A model generated the notes under the pieces. That model searched no databases. It saw nothing but the letters and a program-made list of their open reading frames with translations, and was not told the origin of the DNA. Below, one piece after another: positions 10,085 to 20,000 of a stretch of DNA of 64,000 nt. The DNA comes from Candidatus Obscuribacteraceae bacterium (GTDB lineage Bacteria > Cyanobacteriota > Vampirovibrionia > Obscuribacterales > Obscuribacteraceae): assembly GCA_044226015.1 (NCBI GenBank), contig JBGAHS010000011.1, positions 1 to 64,000 of the forward strand, read 5' to 3'. A program made the position numbers and the translations under genes. Position 1 is the first letter of the stretch, and each line of letters begins with the position of its first letter.

Positions 10085-10258
10085 GAGGAGCATCCGCGGC
10101 TCAGCGGAGCCGCCGAATGTGATGATAATGCTTAGACGGTCCGCGTAATACAAGCCGATGAGCATCAATACACAGATGAAACGAACTACTCACCGTTGCT
10201 CGAAGCATCCCAAGTGAAGCCAGACGATTTCACGTCGAAATTTCAGCTGGAATACAAA

Positions 10259-10744
10259 CTAGTCAATCTGGAAGATTTGCTGGGTGCTGCGGACGCCAGG
10301 AAAGCTCTTATGTTCGGCTGGAATAAATGGCTTGAAATATGGGCTGGCATGCGGAGTGATGGTAGGGTTCGTTTTCATCGAACTCAGCATCCACAGAATG
10401 AAGTCGGCAATTCGCTGATTATAGCTGCGCGATAGCATTTCAAGCTTTTCAGCTCCGTCGATAATCGCAGCTTTGAAGCTATCTGGGATTTCCTTCTCTT
10501 TTGGATGGACATGGCTGCCAAATTCCGTAGCAGGCTCAACCGATGAAGTCTCTGCAGAGACTGATGTATGTTGGCTTTGAACTGAAACTGGAGTGGTCTT
10601 GACCGCAACGTTTGCCGGAGCTTTAGGGAGAACCATCGCAATACGCTTCTTTTCGCCAGTTTCTGAACTTTCCTGCGATATGGCTGGAAGTCCCGAAGCC
10701 AATACAATTAGGGATAGGAGAACTGCTTTTCTATGCATAATCAT
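10259..10744 (-). CDS. Hypothetical exported protein
   Basis: Signal-peptide-like N-terminus (RKAVLLSLIVLASGLPAISQ); no recognised domain. Confidence 0.55.
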   Translation of the reverse strand: MIMHRKAVLLSLIVLASGLPAISQESSETGEKKRIAMVLPKAPANVAVKTTPVSVQSQHTSVSAETSSVEPATEFGSHVHPKEKEIPDSFKAAIIDGAEKLEMLSRSYNQRIADFILWMLSSMKTNPTITPHASPYFKPFIPAEHKSFPGVRSTQQIFQID

Positions 10745-11257
10745 GACGTATTGATTTCCAAGCTAACGCGGCAAATTATCGCAGCTTTCCGTGATGCCAG
10801 AAATAATATCTTGATAACCCAAAAGGCTTAGCCTCTCTAGCAAAGCAGTCACTTCTCCTCTATCCAACAAGTAAAAGCGTGTAAATACGCAGCTTTTGAG
10901 ATAAGTCTTTAGCTGGAAACTTACGATCTTATGGTAGGATAAAAAAATTGGTAGGCTAACAACTGTCTACCGTTACCCGTTTAATTTAATGGACGAGTGC
11001 GAAAGTAGAAGCGAATTAACGATTGGAAACAGCCCCTGCCCGGGCTGTTCTTATGTTTTGCCGCCTTATCGTCAGTTCGAGCGCAAGAGCAGCATGCGAA
11101 CCTTGGCATCAAATTCCGGTTCTCCCAGCACCGCCACAGGGCTCTTCCCGTCCAAGATTAAATCCCCTAGAGAAGGAGCAGTGCACCTTTCCGGTGCGTG
11201 TGACGTCCTATAGACAAGTCGATTTTTGAGAACATTTTCCACCTCGTCCTTCTGTTC

Positions 11258-12637
11258 GTGCTCGTAGGCATAAACGCATTCTTCGTTGCAGCAGAAATGG
11301 CACTCGTGCGCATGCGCAGTACCAGAATTGACCAACTTGTAGAGCAAGGAAACAAAACCGCGAAGCTTATTCAGGATGAAATGGAAAGTCCTAATAGATA
11401 TATTTCTGCCTGTCAGCTCGGAATTACCTTCGCTACGCTCGGATTAGGTGCTACTGGCGAAGCAACGTTTGCTGGCGATTTATCAGCCGCCATCACCAGC
11501 ATGGGGTTTTTCCAAGGCTATTCTTTGCAGGTGGCGAAAGCCGCCGTCTATATACTTGCATTTTCCATAACAGCATTCGTACAAACAGTTTTCGGCGAAC
11601 TGCTTCCAAAGCAATTCACGCTTACGCGAGCTGAACCTGTACTTATGGCGCTTATCTGGCCTATGCGAGGTTGGTGCTGGCTAACCTGGCCTTTCCTGAA
11701 TATTCTGGATGGCTTCAGCTCAATAGTCATGAAGGCTTTGCGCATTCCTGAACCCGGAAGAGTTCACAGTGTCCATACCGGTGAAGAACTGAAGATGCTC
11801 GTCACAGCAAGCCAGGAAGAAGGCGTTCTAGAAGAAGAAGAAGAGGAGATGATTCACAGTATCTTCGACTTTGCAGATACTGTTGTGAAAGAAATCATGA
11901 CTCCGAGAACCGATATGGTCTGCTTACAATCAAGCAGTACAATCAAAGATTTCATTGACCTTGCACTACAAACAGGTCATTCTCGTCTTCCAGTTTATGA
12001 AGAAGACGTTGATAGCATATTCGGTGCCGTGCATATTCGGGATGCTCTGAGAGCAATAGTTGAGAATCGTGGCAATGAAGTCCTGAGAGGACTGGTAAAG
12101 AAAATCCTTGTGGTGCCCGAGAACAAGCCTGGCGGCGATTTGCTCACCGATTTCAAAGCCAACAAAGTACATATGGCAATCGTCGTCGATGAATATGGTG
12201 GCACCCTTGGTCTGATTACCATGGAAGACCTTGTCGAAGAATTGGTCGGAGACATTCCTGAAGAAGATGACGATGATGAAATTGAAATCGTCAACTGCGA
12301 TGACGGCTCTGTCATTTTTGATGCAAAAATGACTCTCGATGATTTGAGCGATAAAATTGGACTTGAGATTGAGGACGAAGAATTCACCACGGTTGGTGGT
12401 CACGTGTTCGGGCAACTTGGTCATAAACCGCAGGTTGGTGACAAAGTAGAAACCGAAGATTACGTGCTCATAGTCGAGAAAGCAGATCGTCATCGCATTA
12501 TCAAATTGCGGCTGATAAGAAAAGTTGTTGAAGAGACCACTGAGGAAACGGAAGAAGGTAGCTCTAACAACAGCAATAGCAACGGCAATACGCCGAAAAA
12601 TGGAACGCAAAAGACGGTCGAGATCAGCAAGCAATAA
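11258..12637 (+). CDS. HlyC/CorC (CNNM: DUF21-CBS-CBS-CorC_HlyC) Mg2+/Co2+ transporter; true start probably upstream
   Basis: NAFFVAAEMAL, CQLGIT, FGELLPK, EIMTPR, GHSRLPVY, HMAIVVDEYGGT, EDLVEELVGDI. The frame is open back to 11204 (see findings). Confidence 0.92.
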   Translation: MLVGINAFFVAAEMALVRMRSTRIDQLVEQGNKTAKLIQDEMESPNRYISACQLGITFATLGLGATGEATFAGDLSAAITSMGFFQGYSLQVAKAAVYILAFSITAFVQTVFGELLPKQFTLTRAEPVLMALIWPMRGWCWLTWPFLNILDGFSSIVMKALRIPEPGRVHSVHTGEELKMLVTASQEEGVLEEEEEEMIHSIFDFADTVVKEIMTPRTDMVCLQSSSTIKDFIDLALQTGHSRLPVYEEDVDSIFGAVHIRDALRAIVENRGNEVLRGLVKKILVVPENKPGGDLLTDFKANKVHMAIVVDEYGGTLGLITMEDLVEELVGDIPEEDDDDEIEIVNCDDGSVIFDAKMTLDDLSDKIGLEIEDEEFTTVGGHVFGQLGHKPQVGDKVETEDYVLIVEKADRHRIIKLRLIRKVVEETTEETEEGSSNNSNSNGNTPKNGTQKTVEISKQ

Positions 12638-13530
12638 TGAATCAACAACTCGATGATAAATTGCTCTTGAGATGGGCAAGAGCCTTCCACACGAAAAAGG
12701 ACCTTGGTCAGCATTTTCTAGTCAAAGAGCAAGCCATCACGCAAATCATCGATGCGATGGATCTTCAAGCTGACGATGAAGTGCTGGAAATAGGTCCTGG
12801 AATAGGCTTTTTAACGAGAATACTTTGTGAGAAAAGCGGTTCAGTAACAGCAGTTGAACTAGACAGACAAAGTGTCGAATATCTAAAACAGCTGAAGCTT
12901 GCCAACCTGTCAATCAAGCATGGTGACATTCTCGCTTACGATATCAATTCTGGTCGTTTCAGAGACAAAGAACCAGCATGGGAAGAGCGTGAGAAAGAAC
13001 AGAAGCTGAAGATAGTGGGAAATCTTCCATACCAGATAACAGGGTTGATTCTCGGTCATCTCATCGGTGAGATAGGAAAGCCTGCCGAGCACCTCATGCA
13101 AGTGGAGAGAATTGTTCTGACTGTGCAGAAAGAAGTTGCTCACCGCATGGTCGCAAAAGCAGGAAGTAAAAACTATTCACAGGTGAGCCTCTTAATCGGA
13201 TACTTTTGCAAAGCAGAGATTGTTTGCAACCTACCAGCAGAATTCTTCTTCCCTCCTCCAAAGGTAGATTCTGCAGTAGTTCGATTGACACCGCTTTCGG
13301 TACCACCTATAGATTGCAAAAACGTGAAGTTCTTAAAACGGGTCATTAAAGCCGGTTTTTCGCAAAGAAGAAAAATGTTGAGGAATGCACTCTGTTCTCT
13401 CGGTATTTCGCAAGAGAAAGTCAATGAAGTGTTCAAAGATTTGAGGCTAGACCCTCAGTCACGAGCCGAGACTCTTTCATTGGAGCAATTCTCTCTACTC
13501 AGCGATGCGCTAGAGACTGCAATCAAATAA
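12637..13530 (+). CDS. rsmA: 16S rRNA adenine(1518/1519) dimethyltransferase RsmA/KsgA
   Basis: KKDLGQHFL, VLEIGPGIG, VGNLPYQIT, VQKEVA, FFPPPKVDSAVV, FSQRRKML. Confidence 0.96.
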   Translation: MNQQLDDKLLLRWARAFHTKKDLGQHFLVKEQAITQIIDAMDLQADDEVLEIGPGIGFLTRILCEKSGSVTAVELDRQSVEYLKQLKLANLSIKHGDILAYDINSGRFRDKEPAWEEREKEQKLKIVGNLPYQITGLILGHLIGEIGKPAEHLMQVERIVLTVQKEVAHRMVAKAGSKNYSQVSLLIGYFCKAEIVCNLPAEFFFPPPKVDSAVVRLTPLSVPPIDCKNVKFLKRVIKAGFSQRRKMLRNALCSLGISQEKVNEVFKDLRLDPQSRAETLSLEQFSLLSDALETAIK

Positions 13531-13537
13531 ATCAACA

Positions 13538-14503
13538 ATGCAAATTCGAGTTAAAACCCCAGCCAAGCTGAATCTCAGTTTCAAAATTCTTGGTTTACGT
13601 GATGACGGATATCATGACGTCGAAACAGTATTTCAGTCGATTTCACTTGAAGACGAAGTGCTATTCAACATAGAAAAATCCAGCGGCGCCAGCTTCGAAA
13701 TGACTTGCGATAATCCTGCTTTGCGCAAACTCATGCCGCTTGATCAAAGCAATTTAATTGCAAAAGCGATTAGCGCTTACCTTGGGAAGATGAAAGAATC
13801 GCAAAATCTCCAGATAAAAGTTCAAATAGACAAGAGAATTCCAATAGGTGCGGGACTTGCCGGAGGCAGTAGCAATGCAGCAGGAGCACTTCTTGCCATT
13901 AATCGATTCTTTAATGACAGACTATCAGAAAAGGAATTGATCGAACTCGGAGCCAGCATCGGTTCGGATGTTCCATTTTGCATCAAAGGTGGCACCTGTA
14001 TTGGACGAGGTCGAGGGGAGATTCTGGAGCGAATAGATACATCGCTGCTGCTCAACTATTGCATAGTCAAGCCTAGAAAGCTCAGTGTTTCAACTCCTCT
14101 GGCATTCAAAATGTTTGACGAGTCCAATCTCAAACCAGACGTTCCAGCAATGGAAAATCTGGTTGAAGCCCTTAAAAACGGAGATCTGGAATCGACCTTA
14201 GCCCAGCTCGGAAATTCCTTTCAGGATGTCATTTTCAAAGCACACCCCGAATTAGATGCCCTGAGCAAACAGCTCATCGAACTTGGTGCATGGAACTGTA
14301 AAATGACCGGCAGTGGACCAACTCTTTTCGCTATTGTTGCAGGAAGAGAACAGGGTCACCGAATCAGGAGACATATTCTCAATGACGAAGACATTGGCTT
14401 TGTTTATGGAACAGAAGAGATTATACTTGAGGCTTTGCCACCAATAGATTTTCGTTTAGCGGAAACCGTTAATCACGGTGCCAGAATTGTTTCAATGGAG
14501 TGA
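13538..14503 (+). CDS. ispE: 4-diphosphocytidyl-2-C-methyl-D-erythritol kinase
   Basis: PAKLNL, DGYHDVETVFQ, KRIPIGAGLAGGSSNAA, GSDVPF, MTGSGPT. Confidence 0.96.
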   Translation: MQIRVKTPAKLNLSFKILGLRDDGYHDVETVFQSISLEDEVLFNIEKSSGASFEMTCDNPALRKLMPLDQSNLIAKAISAYLGKMKESQNLQIKVQIDKRIPIGAGLAGGSSNAAGALLAINRFFNDRLSEKELIELGASIGSDVPFCIKGGTCIGRGRGEILERIDTSLLLNYCIVKPRKLSVSTPLAFKMFDESNLKPDVPAMENLVEALKNGDLESTLAQLGNSFQDVIFKAHPELDALSKQLIELGAWNCKMTGSGPTLFAIVAGREQGHRIRRHILNDEDIGFVYGTEEIILEALPPIDFRLAETVNHGARIVSME

Positions 14504-14510
14504 GGACTCG

Positions 14511-15515
14511 ATGAAAGTAACTAAGTTTGAGCTTGCAGTTCCAGCTGGCAAAAGCAGCAAGTCGGGCAGTGCTAAGCCTTCGCCAAAAACGGCGACGGCG
14601 GAAGGAAAATCGGTGACGAAGCCCGCTGAAAAGAAGCCAATTACAACTAAGAAAAAAGTCACCGGCTCAAACTCAACAGCGAAAGCTACAAAGCCCAAAG
14701 CGGACGCAAAAACAAAGGCGTCTACTGGATCGACTAAGGGGGCGACTAAGCCACCTACAACAAACAAATCGTCAGCAACTAAAGCCAAAGCATCAAAAGA
14801 GCAGAACGGGAAAGCATCGAAAGGTAGCAAATCGGTTGCTGAAAAGCATGTAGCCAAAGCATCGGACCCAGGGCTAGTTTCGAAAGAACTAGCTCAAGAG
14901 ATGATGCATGAGTTATGCAAGCTCTATCCAGATGCTGATTGCGAACTTACACACAAGAACGATTTTGAATTGCTCACCTCGGTGATTCTGTCAGCGCAAA
15001 CAACTGATGTACAGGTTAATAAAGTAACTCCAAATCTATTCAAGAAGTTCCCCACAGCAAAAGCACTTGCCGAAGGGAATTTAGACGACATAAAAGAACT
15101 CATCAAAGCTACGGGCTACTACAACAATAAGGCTAAAGCAATTCAAGCTTGTGCAGCCGCTATCATGAGTCAATTCAATGGCAAGGTTCCGGATAATTTG
15201 GAAGACCTGACAAAACTGCCTGGAGTTGGTCGAAAAACTGCCAACGTTGTTCTTGGAGTAGTTCACAAAATTCCCGGGTGGACAGTTGATACTCACGTGC
15301 AACGATTGTCTCAAAGACTTGGTTTCACAAAAAATACTGACCCATACAAAATAGAATTGGATTTACAAGAACTTTTTCCAAAACAAGATTGGACGAAGTA
15401 CAGCATCACGATCATCTGGCACGGCAGAAGATTATGCTATGCTCGAAAACCCGACTGCATACACTGCCCGCTTAACCGCACCTGTCCATCATCTGAAGCT
15501 CCGCTAGGCAAGTAA
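14511..15515 (+). CDS. nth: Endonuclease III with long Lys/Ala/Ser/Thr-rich N-terminal extension
   Basis: LSAQTTD, HhH LPGVGRKTANVV, VDTHV, 4Fe-4S motif CYARKPDCIHCPLNRTC; ATG 14511 with GAGG RBS. Confidence 0.93.
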   Translation: MKVTKFELAVPAGKSSKSGSAKPSPKTATAEGKSVTKPAEKKPITTKKKVTGSNSTAKATKPKADAKTKASTGSTKGATKPPTTNKSSATKAKASKEQNGKASKGSKSVAEKHVAKASDPGLVSKELAQEMMHELCKLYPDADCELTHKNDFELLTSVILSAQTTDVQVNKVTPNLFKKFPTAKALAEGNLDDIKELIKATGYYNNKAKAIQACAAAIMSQFNGKVPDNLEDLTKLPGVGRKTANVVLGVVHKIPGWTVDTHVQRLSQRLGFTKNTDPYKIELDLQELFPKQDWTKYSITIIWHGRRLCYARKPDCIHCPLNRTCPSSEAPLGK

Positions 15516-15519
15516 ACCT

Positions 15520-16188
15520 TCAGTTTGAAGAATTTTCCTTCACTATGCGCCAGGACGGCGCGGGTACTGGTACTGGTGCAGCCTTTTTTATTGGTTGAAA
15601 GGGAAGAAAGTAATTTAGGGCATGCATATTGCTCACAGCTCGTCGATCTGTCCCAGTTGAGGAAAGGTCCGCGGAGCGCTTAATTCTATTCATGCCACCA
15701 GAAGTGGTGTAATAAGAATGAGAAGACTCATTAGCTTTGTTAGAATCGTGTGCTGTAGAAGCCTCTGATGACCTGCTGTCGGCGCTACCGCTAGTTGGTA
15801 CTGAAGAAGCAGCAGGACTTAATTTTTCCTCCGCGCTTGGCTTAGTCGCTGACTCAGGCAGCTGCTGCCAGGGAGACAATGCACCATTTCCATAAAGAAC
15901 ATTTGCGCCATTTGGATAATGCAAACGGGAGTTCTCTGCAGCCTGCCTTGCAATCGCTTCCGTTCCATCCTGAAATGATTGCTGATCAGCGTGATATCTC
16001 TGAGCCTGTGAACGATTTGACGAGTCATGATCTTCTCTCATCCGGTCACCAACGTCACCCAAAGAATTCATGAAATCGCTATGCTTCGATGAAAAATCGG
16101 TTTGAAACGGGTTCGCGATGGCTGGGACCGCAGCCATCAGACTGGGTCCCAAGATTATTGCTATTAGCTTGCTTCTCACAACGCCCAC
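15520..16188 (-). CDS. Hypothetical exported protein (paralog of 16233-16760)
   Basis: Signal peptide ending AIA-NPF; shares the F.NSL..G..MR.D.D.S..S...RY motif with its neighbour. Confidence 0.65.
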   Translation of the reverse strand: MGVVRSKLIAIILGPSLMAAVPAIANPFQTDFSSKHSDFMNSLGDVGDRMREDHDSSNRSQAQRYHADQQSFQDGTEAIARQAAENSRLHYPNGANVLYGNGALSPWQQLPESATKPSAEEKLSPAASSVPTSGSADSRSSEASTAHDSNKANESSHSYYTTSGGMNRIKRSADLSSTGTDRRAVSNMHALNYFLPFQPIKKAAPVPVPAPSWRIVKENSSN

Positions 16189-16232
16189 CGCGAACTACGA
16201 TCAAGTACCTATAACGAAATACCAGATACGAA

Positions 16233-16760
16233 CTACCAGTTACCATTAACACTGGACGAACCACCACCACCACCGCCATACCATCTGCTGCGGAATCGCG
16301 GTTTCGAAAAATTGCCAGTGCCGGCGCTACCACCAGAGCCCCAGGTGTCAGGGGTCATGTTGTACGAACTGTTGCCGGCTCCTCCGTTCATTCCTCCACC
16401 AAGTCCCATTCCACCGCCATAATAGCCGTAAGAACCGTTTCCGTTGTATGCGCCACCAGAGAGAACCATTTGAGCTTGTGAATTCTTAAAAGCGTCTTGC
16501 GAGGTCTTCCAGGTGTCTGTCTGGTTAGCCTGCATATTCGTCAAATAACGGTGCGAGTCAGACAATTGACTGTAGTCGTAATCGCGACGCATCTTCGAAC
16601 CCATGTTATCTAACGAGTTTGCAAACCCATCGAACGAATTGTTAAAGTACTCATCCGAGACCCCGTTGCGATCATCGATAAAAGGATCAGCGTTCGCAAC
16701 TGGTGCTAAAAGCCAGAAAAACGATGCAAGTGCCAAAACTCTTTTCAAACCTTTCATCAT
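16233..16760 (-). CDS. Hypothetical exported protein with Gly/Tyr/Asn-rich tail (paralog of 15520-16188)
   Basis: Signal peptide ending ANA-DPF; GGAG RBS; shared motif with the neighbouring gene. Confidence 0.65.
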   Translation of the reverse strand: MMKGLKRVLALASFFWLLAPVANADPFIDDRNGVSDEYFNNSFDGFANSLDNMGSKMRRDYDYSQLSDSHRYLTNMQANQTDTWKTSQDAFKNSQAQMVLSGGAYNGNGSYGYYGGGMGLGGGMNGGAGNSSYNMTPDTWGSGGSAGTGNFSKPRFRSRWYGGGGGGSSSVNGNW

Positions 16761-17047
16761 CAAATCTCCAACAATGTACAACAATGATCTTATTCCCGGC
16801 TGCGTGGTGAACTCGTGAGGAATTTACAAAGCTATGATTAAAATAGGGAATCTGGCGGGTTCGAAAGCTGCTTGATGTATATCGAAACAGACTCTTTCGA
16901 GCATATCCATCGGACGAAAAAGGGCGAACCTATTGCCTTTCCAGTGATTTTCCAGTATTTTTTTTCTAGATTTGTTTTGCGGACATCGTCCCTGGAAAGC
17001 GATATAAGTTGCTAGGATTTCAATGGCAGGCGGGTAAACAACCCGCA

Positions 17048-20000
17048 ATGAATTCCAATTCTGAAGCAGATAATGCTAACTTGAACCTGGATATAGATGG
17101 CAAAGGACTGACTGAAGAAGTCCCGAAACCGCCGTTGCAGTCACGTCCACGAAAAGCGAAAAAGATGCCCGCCGATGAGATTCTCGACCTTGAGGCAAAC
17201 CCACTCGAGGGTTTGAACTTTCGCTACCCGCTTAGACGGTATCAGCAAGAGATTATCGAGCTGGTAAAGCTTAAGCTGGAAAAAGGCGAACGAAGAGTTC
17301 ACATCGTGGCTCCGCCAGGTGCCGGCAAAACCATTATCGGACTCCAGCTAGCCGCCGAGTTCAAAAACAACACTCTCATAATCTCCCCAACGACAACAAT
17401 TCAGGCGCAATGGGGAGAAAAGCTACGCTCATTTCTACCTGTCGGACAAGAAGATTTTGGCACCGAGCATATTATCGGAACACATGAAGAAAAGCCGCTA
17501 AAGCCAATCACGGTGCTTACATATCAAGTTCTATCGACGCCAGGGCGTGAAATTGAATATCTCGAAAAGCTTGCACACCAAGCGTGGGTAGATGAGCTTG
17601 CGAGCACTGGCATGTCGAAAGGTGATGCTGAGCTTCGCATTCTCGAGATAATGCAAAACAATATAAAAGCACACGAGAAAGAAATCTCCCGGCACGTGAC
17701 CAGACTTCGGCGCAAGTTAACAGACGTTCTCGACCTGAAAGAAGTCGTGCATCCTAACGTTCTCACGCTAATGCAAGCCTTGCGTCGGCAAAAATTTCAG
17801 ACAGTAATCTTTGATGAGTGTCATCATCTGACTGATTACTGGGCAGCAATTATGATTCACCTGATAAGAAATCTGGAAGACCCAGTCGTAATAGGGCTTA
17901 CTGGAACTCCACCCGAAGGCAAATCGGCAAATCAGGAGAACCGCTATATTTCACTTGTTGGTGATATAGACTATCAAGTTCCGACACCAGCTCTGGTGCG
18001 CGAGGGAGGTCTGGCACCGTTTCAAGACCTGGTTTATTTCACGACTCCAAGTCCTGAAGAAGAACATTTTTTAGAAGGTCAACATCTAGAGTTTCACAAG
18101 TTGATTCTTGAGCTTGCCGAAGGCGCAGAATCTTTGCTGAGCAAATGGGTCGAGCATCGAGTTGAAAATGCAAGCAAAAACGGCTGGACAAGCTTTGCAT
18201 ACAAGAATGGAGAGCTTGCTTGCGCCTATCTACGTTTCATGCACAAATACAGGTTGCCTCTGCCAGATGATTTGGAAATGGCAGAAAATTTCCAGCAGTC
18301 GCCCTTCATTGAAGATTGGATGGTTTTGATTGAGGATTATGCGCTCAACTATTTGAAAACGAGTGCATCGAGCGACAACCACCTCCTTTATGAACGCATC
18401 AGGGCTGCCATTGCAAAACTAGGCTATGGCTTGACTGAAAAGGGCATCAGAAAGCAAGCTTCACCGGTTGATCGTGTCCTCGCCTTCAGCAGGAAAAAAT
18501 CACATGCGGTGGCAGAAATTCTTGACGTTGAATACAGAAATCTCGGCGACCGTTTGCGCACGGCAGTAGTTACAGACTTTGAACGAATGTCAGCAACCGC
18601 CGCAAAGCAGGTCAAAGGAGTGCTCTCAGAAGAGTCCGGAGGAGCAATTGCGGTATTGCGAGAGCTGCTCAAAACGGAGCTCAGTGCCCAAATAAACCCT
18701 TGCCTTGTGACGGGTTCACTGATACTCGTTGATAATAGAATCGTTCAACAGTTTCAAATTGCAATGCAAGAAATGCTGATTGCAGAAGGGTACAAATTCG
18801 AAGTTGAAGTTGTAGAACATACCTTCGAACATTTCAGCGAAATTCGTGCAAATACGGGTGATTGGGAAGCCAGACTGTATGTTGGGCTTGCGACCAAGTG
18901 CTTAGAGCGCGGCATCACGAAGGTGCTTATCGGCACAAGGGGAATATTTGGTGAAGGGTGGGACTGCCAGGCGCTAAACACTCTTATCGACCTCACAACT
19001 ACTACTACTCCTGTAAGCGTAAAACAGCTGCGTGGACGATCGATCCGTATCAATACAAGCGACCCGCTCGGAGCTAGAAAAGTCGCAAATAACTGGGATG
19101 TCGTGTGCATCGCACCTCACCTGGAGAAGGGCTTAAACGATTACCAGCGATTTGCACGGAAACACTCTGGCTACTTTGGCATTTGCGATGATGGACAAAT
19201 TGAATGCGGAGTGGGACATGTTCATCCATCTTTCTCCGAACTGAGTCCAGCTGAAGTTTTTGCAAACCTGGAAGACTTCAATCAGGAAATGAAACTCCGA
19301 GCCCTCGCTAGAGAAGGAATCTATGAACTCTGGAGAGTTGGACAACCCTACAGTAACAAGATGCTTGCGTGCATAGAAATCGGCAAGAAGTTACGTAAGT
19401 TGTCTCTTACTCCTCCTAATCTAAGACGAGATCTTGAGTATAGCGAACACGCAAAAATGCTTCGCGCAAACCTGAGCGGCGTTTGGGTCGAATGCGGCAG
19501 CCTTGGTCTATTTGTCACTGCTATAACCGGACTATTGTTGGCTCATGCAAGTCTTCCTTTATTACCAATGCTATTACCAGTAGTGGCATCGCTAGGTATC
19601 GCAGCGAAACGTTATCAAAACTTGTACTTCAAACTTAAGAAAGAAATTTGCAGACCAAACACTCAAGAATCATCTCTGATGGACATGGGAAGAGCGGTTC
19701 TTACCGCACTTCAGCAAGTAAAGCTTTTGCCGCCACACCTGAACAAAGACAGCATTCGTCTTTCAATAAGGTCTGACGGAAGTTATAGAATTTTTCTCGA
19801 TGGCGTTGACCAGCCTCAATCTGTCTATTTCGTAAAATGCCTGAAAGAGCTACTCGAACCAATTAGAAAGCAACCATATCTAATACCAAAGTATGAGTAC
19901 AGCTTCCCTGTAATAAAAGAAACGCAAAAAGGAAAAGCAAAGGAAAGCGACAAGCAGAAGGACAAGGAATCTGATTCAAAGCCGATAGCAAATAAAGCTA

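Noticed and set aside
10101..10193. Short minus-strand ORF MSSSFHLCIDAHRLVLRGPSKHYHHIRRLR
   Set aside because: Only 30 aa, no clear RBS and no recognisable motif.
11966..12679. 237-aa antisense ORF and similar shadow ORFs throughout the window
   Set aside because: They lie opposite or within well-supported genes and show no domain motifs.
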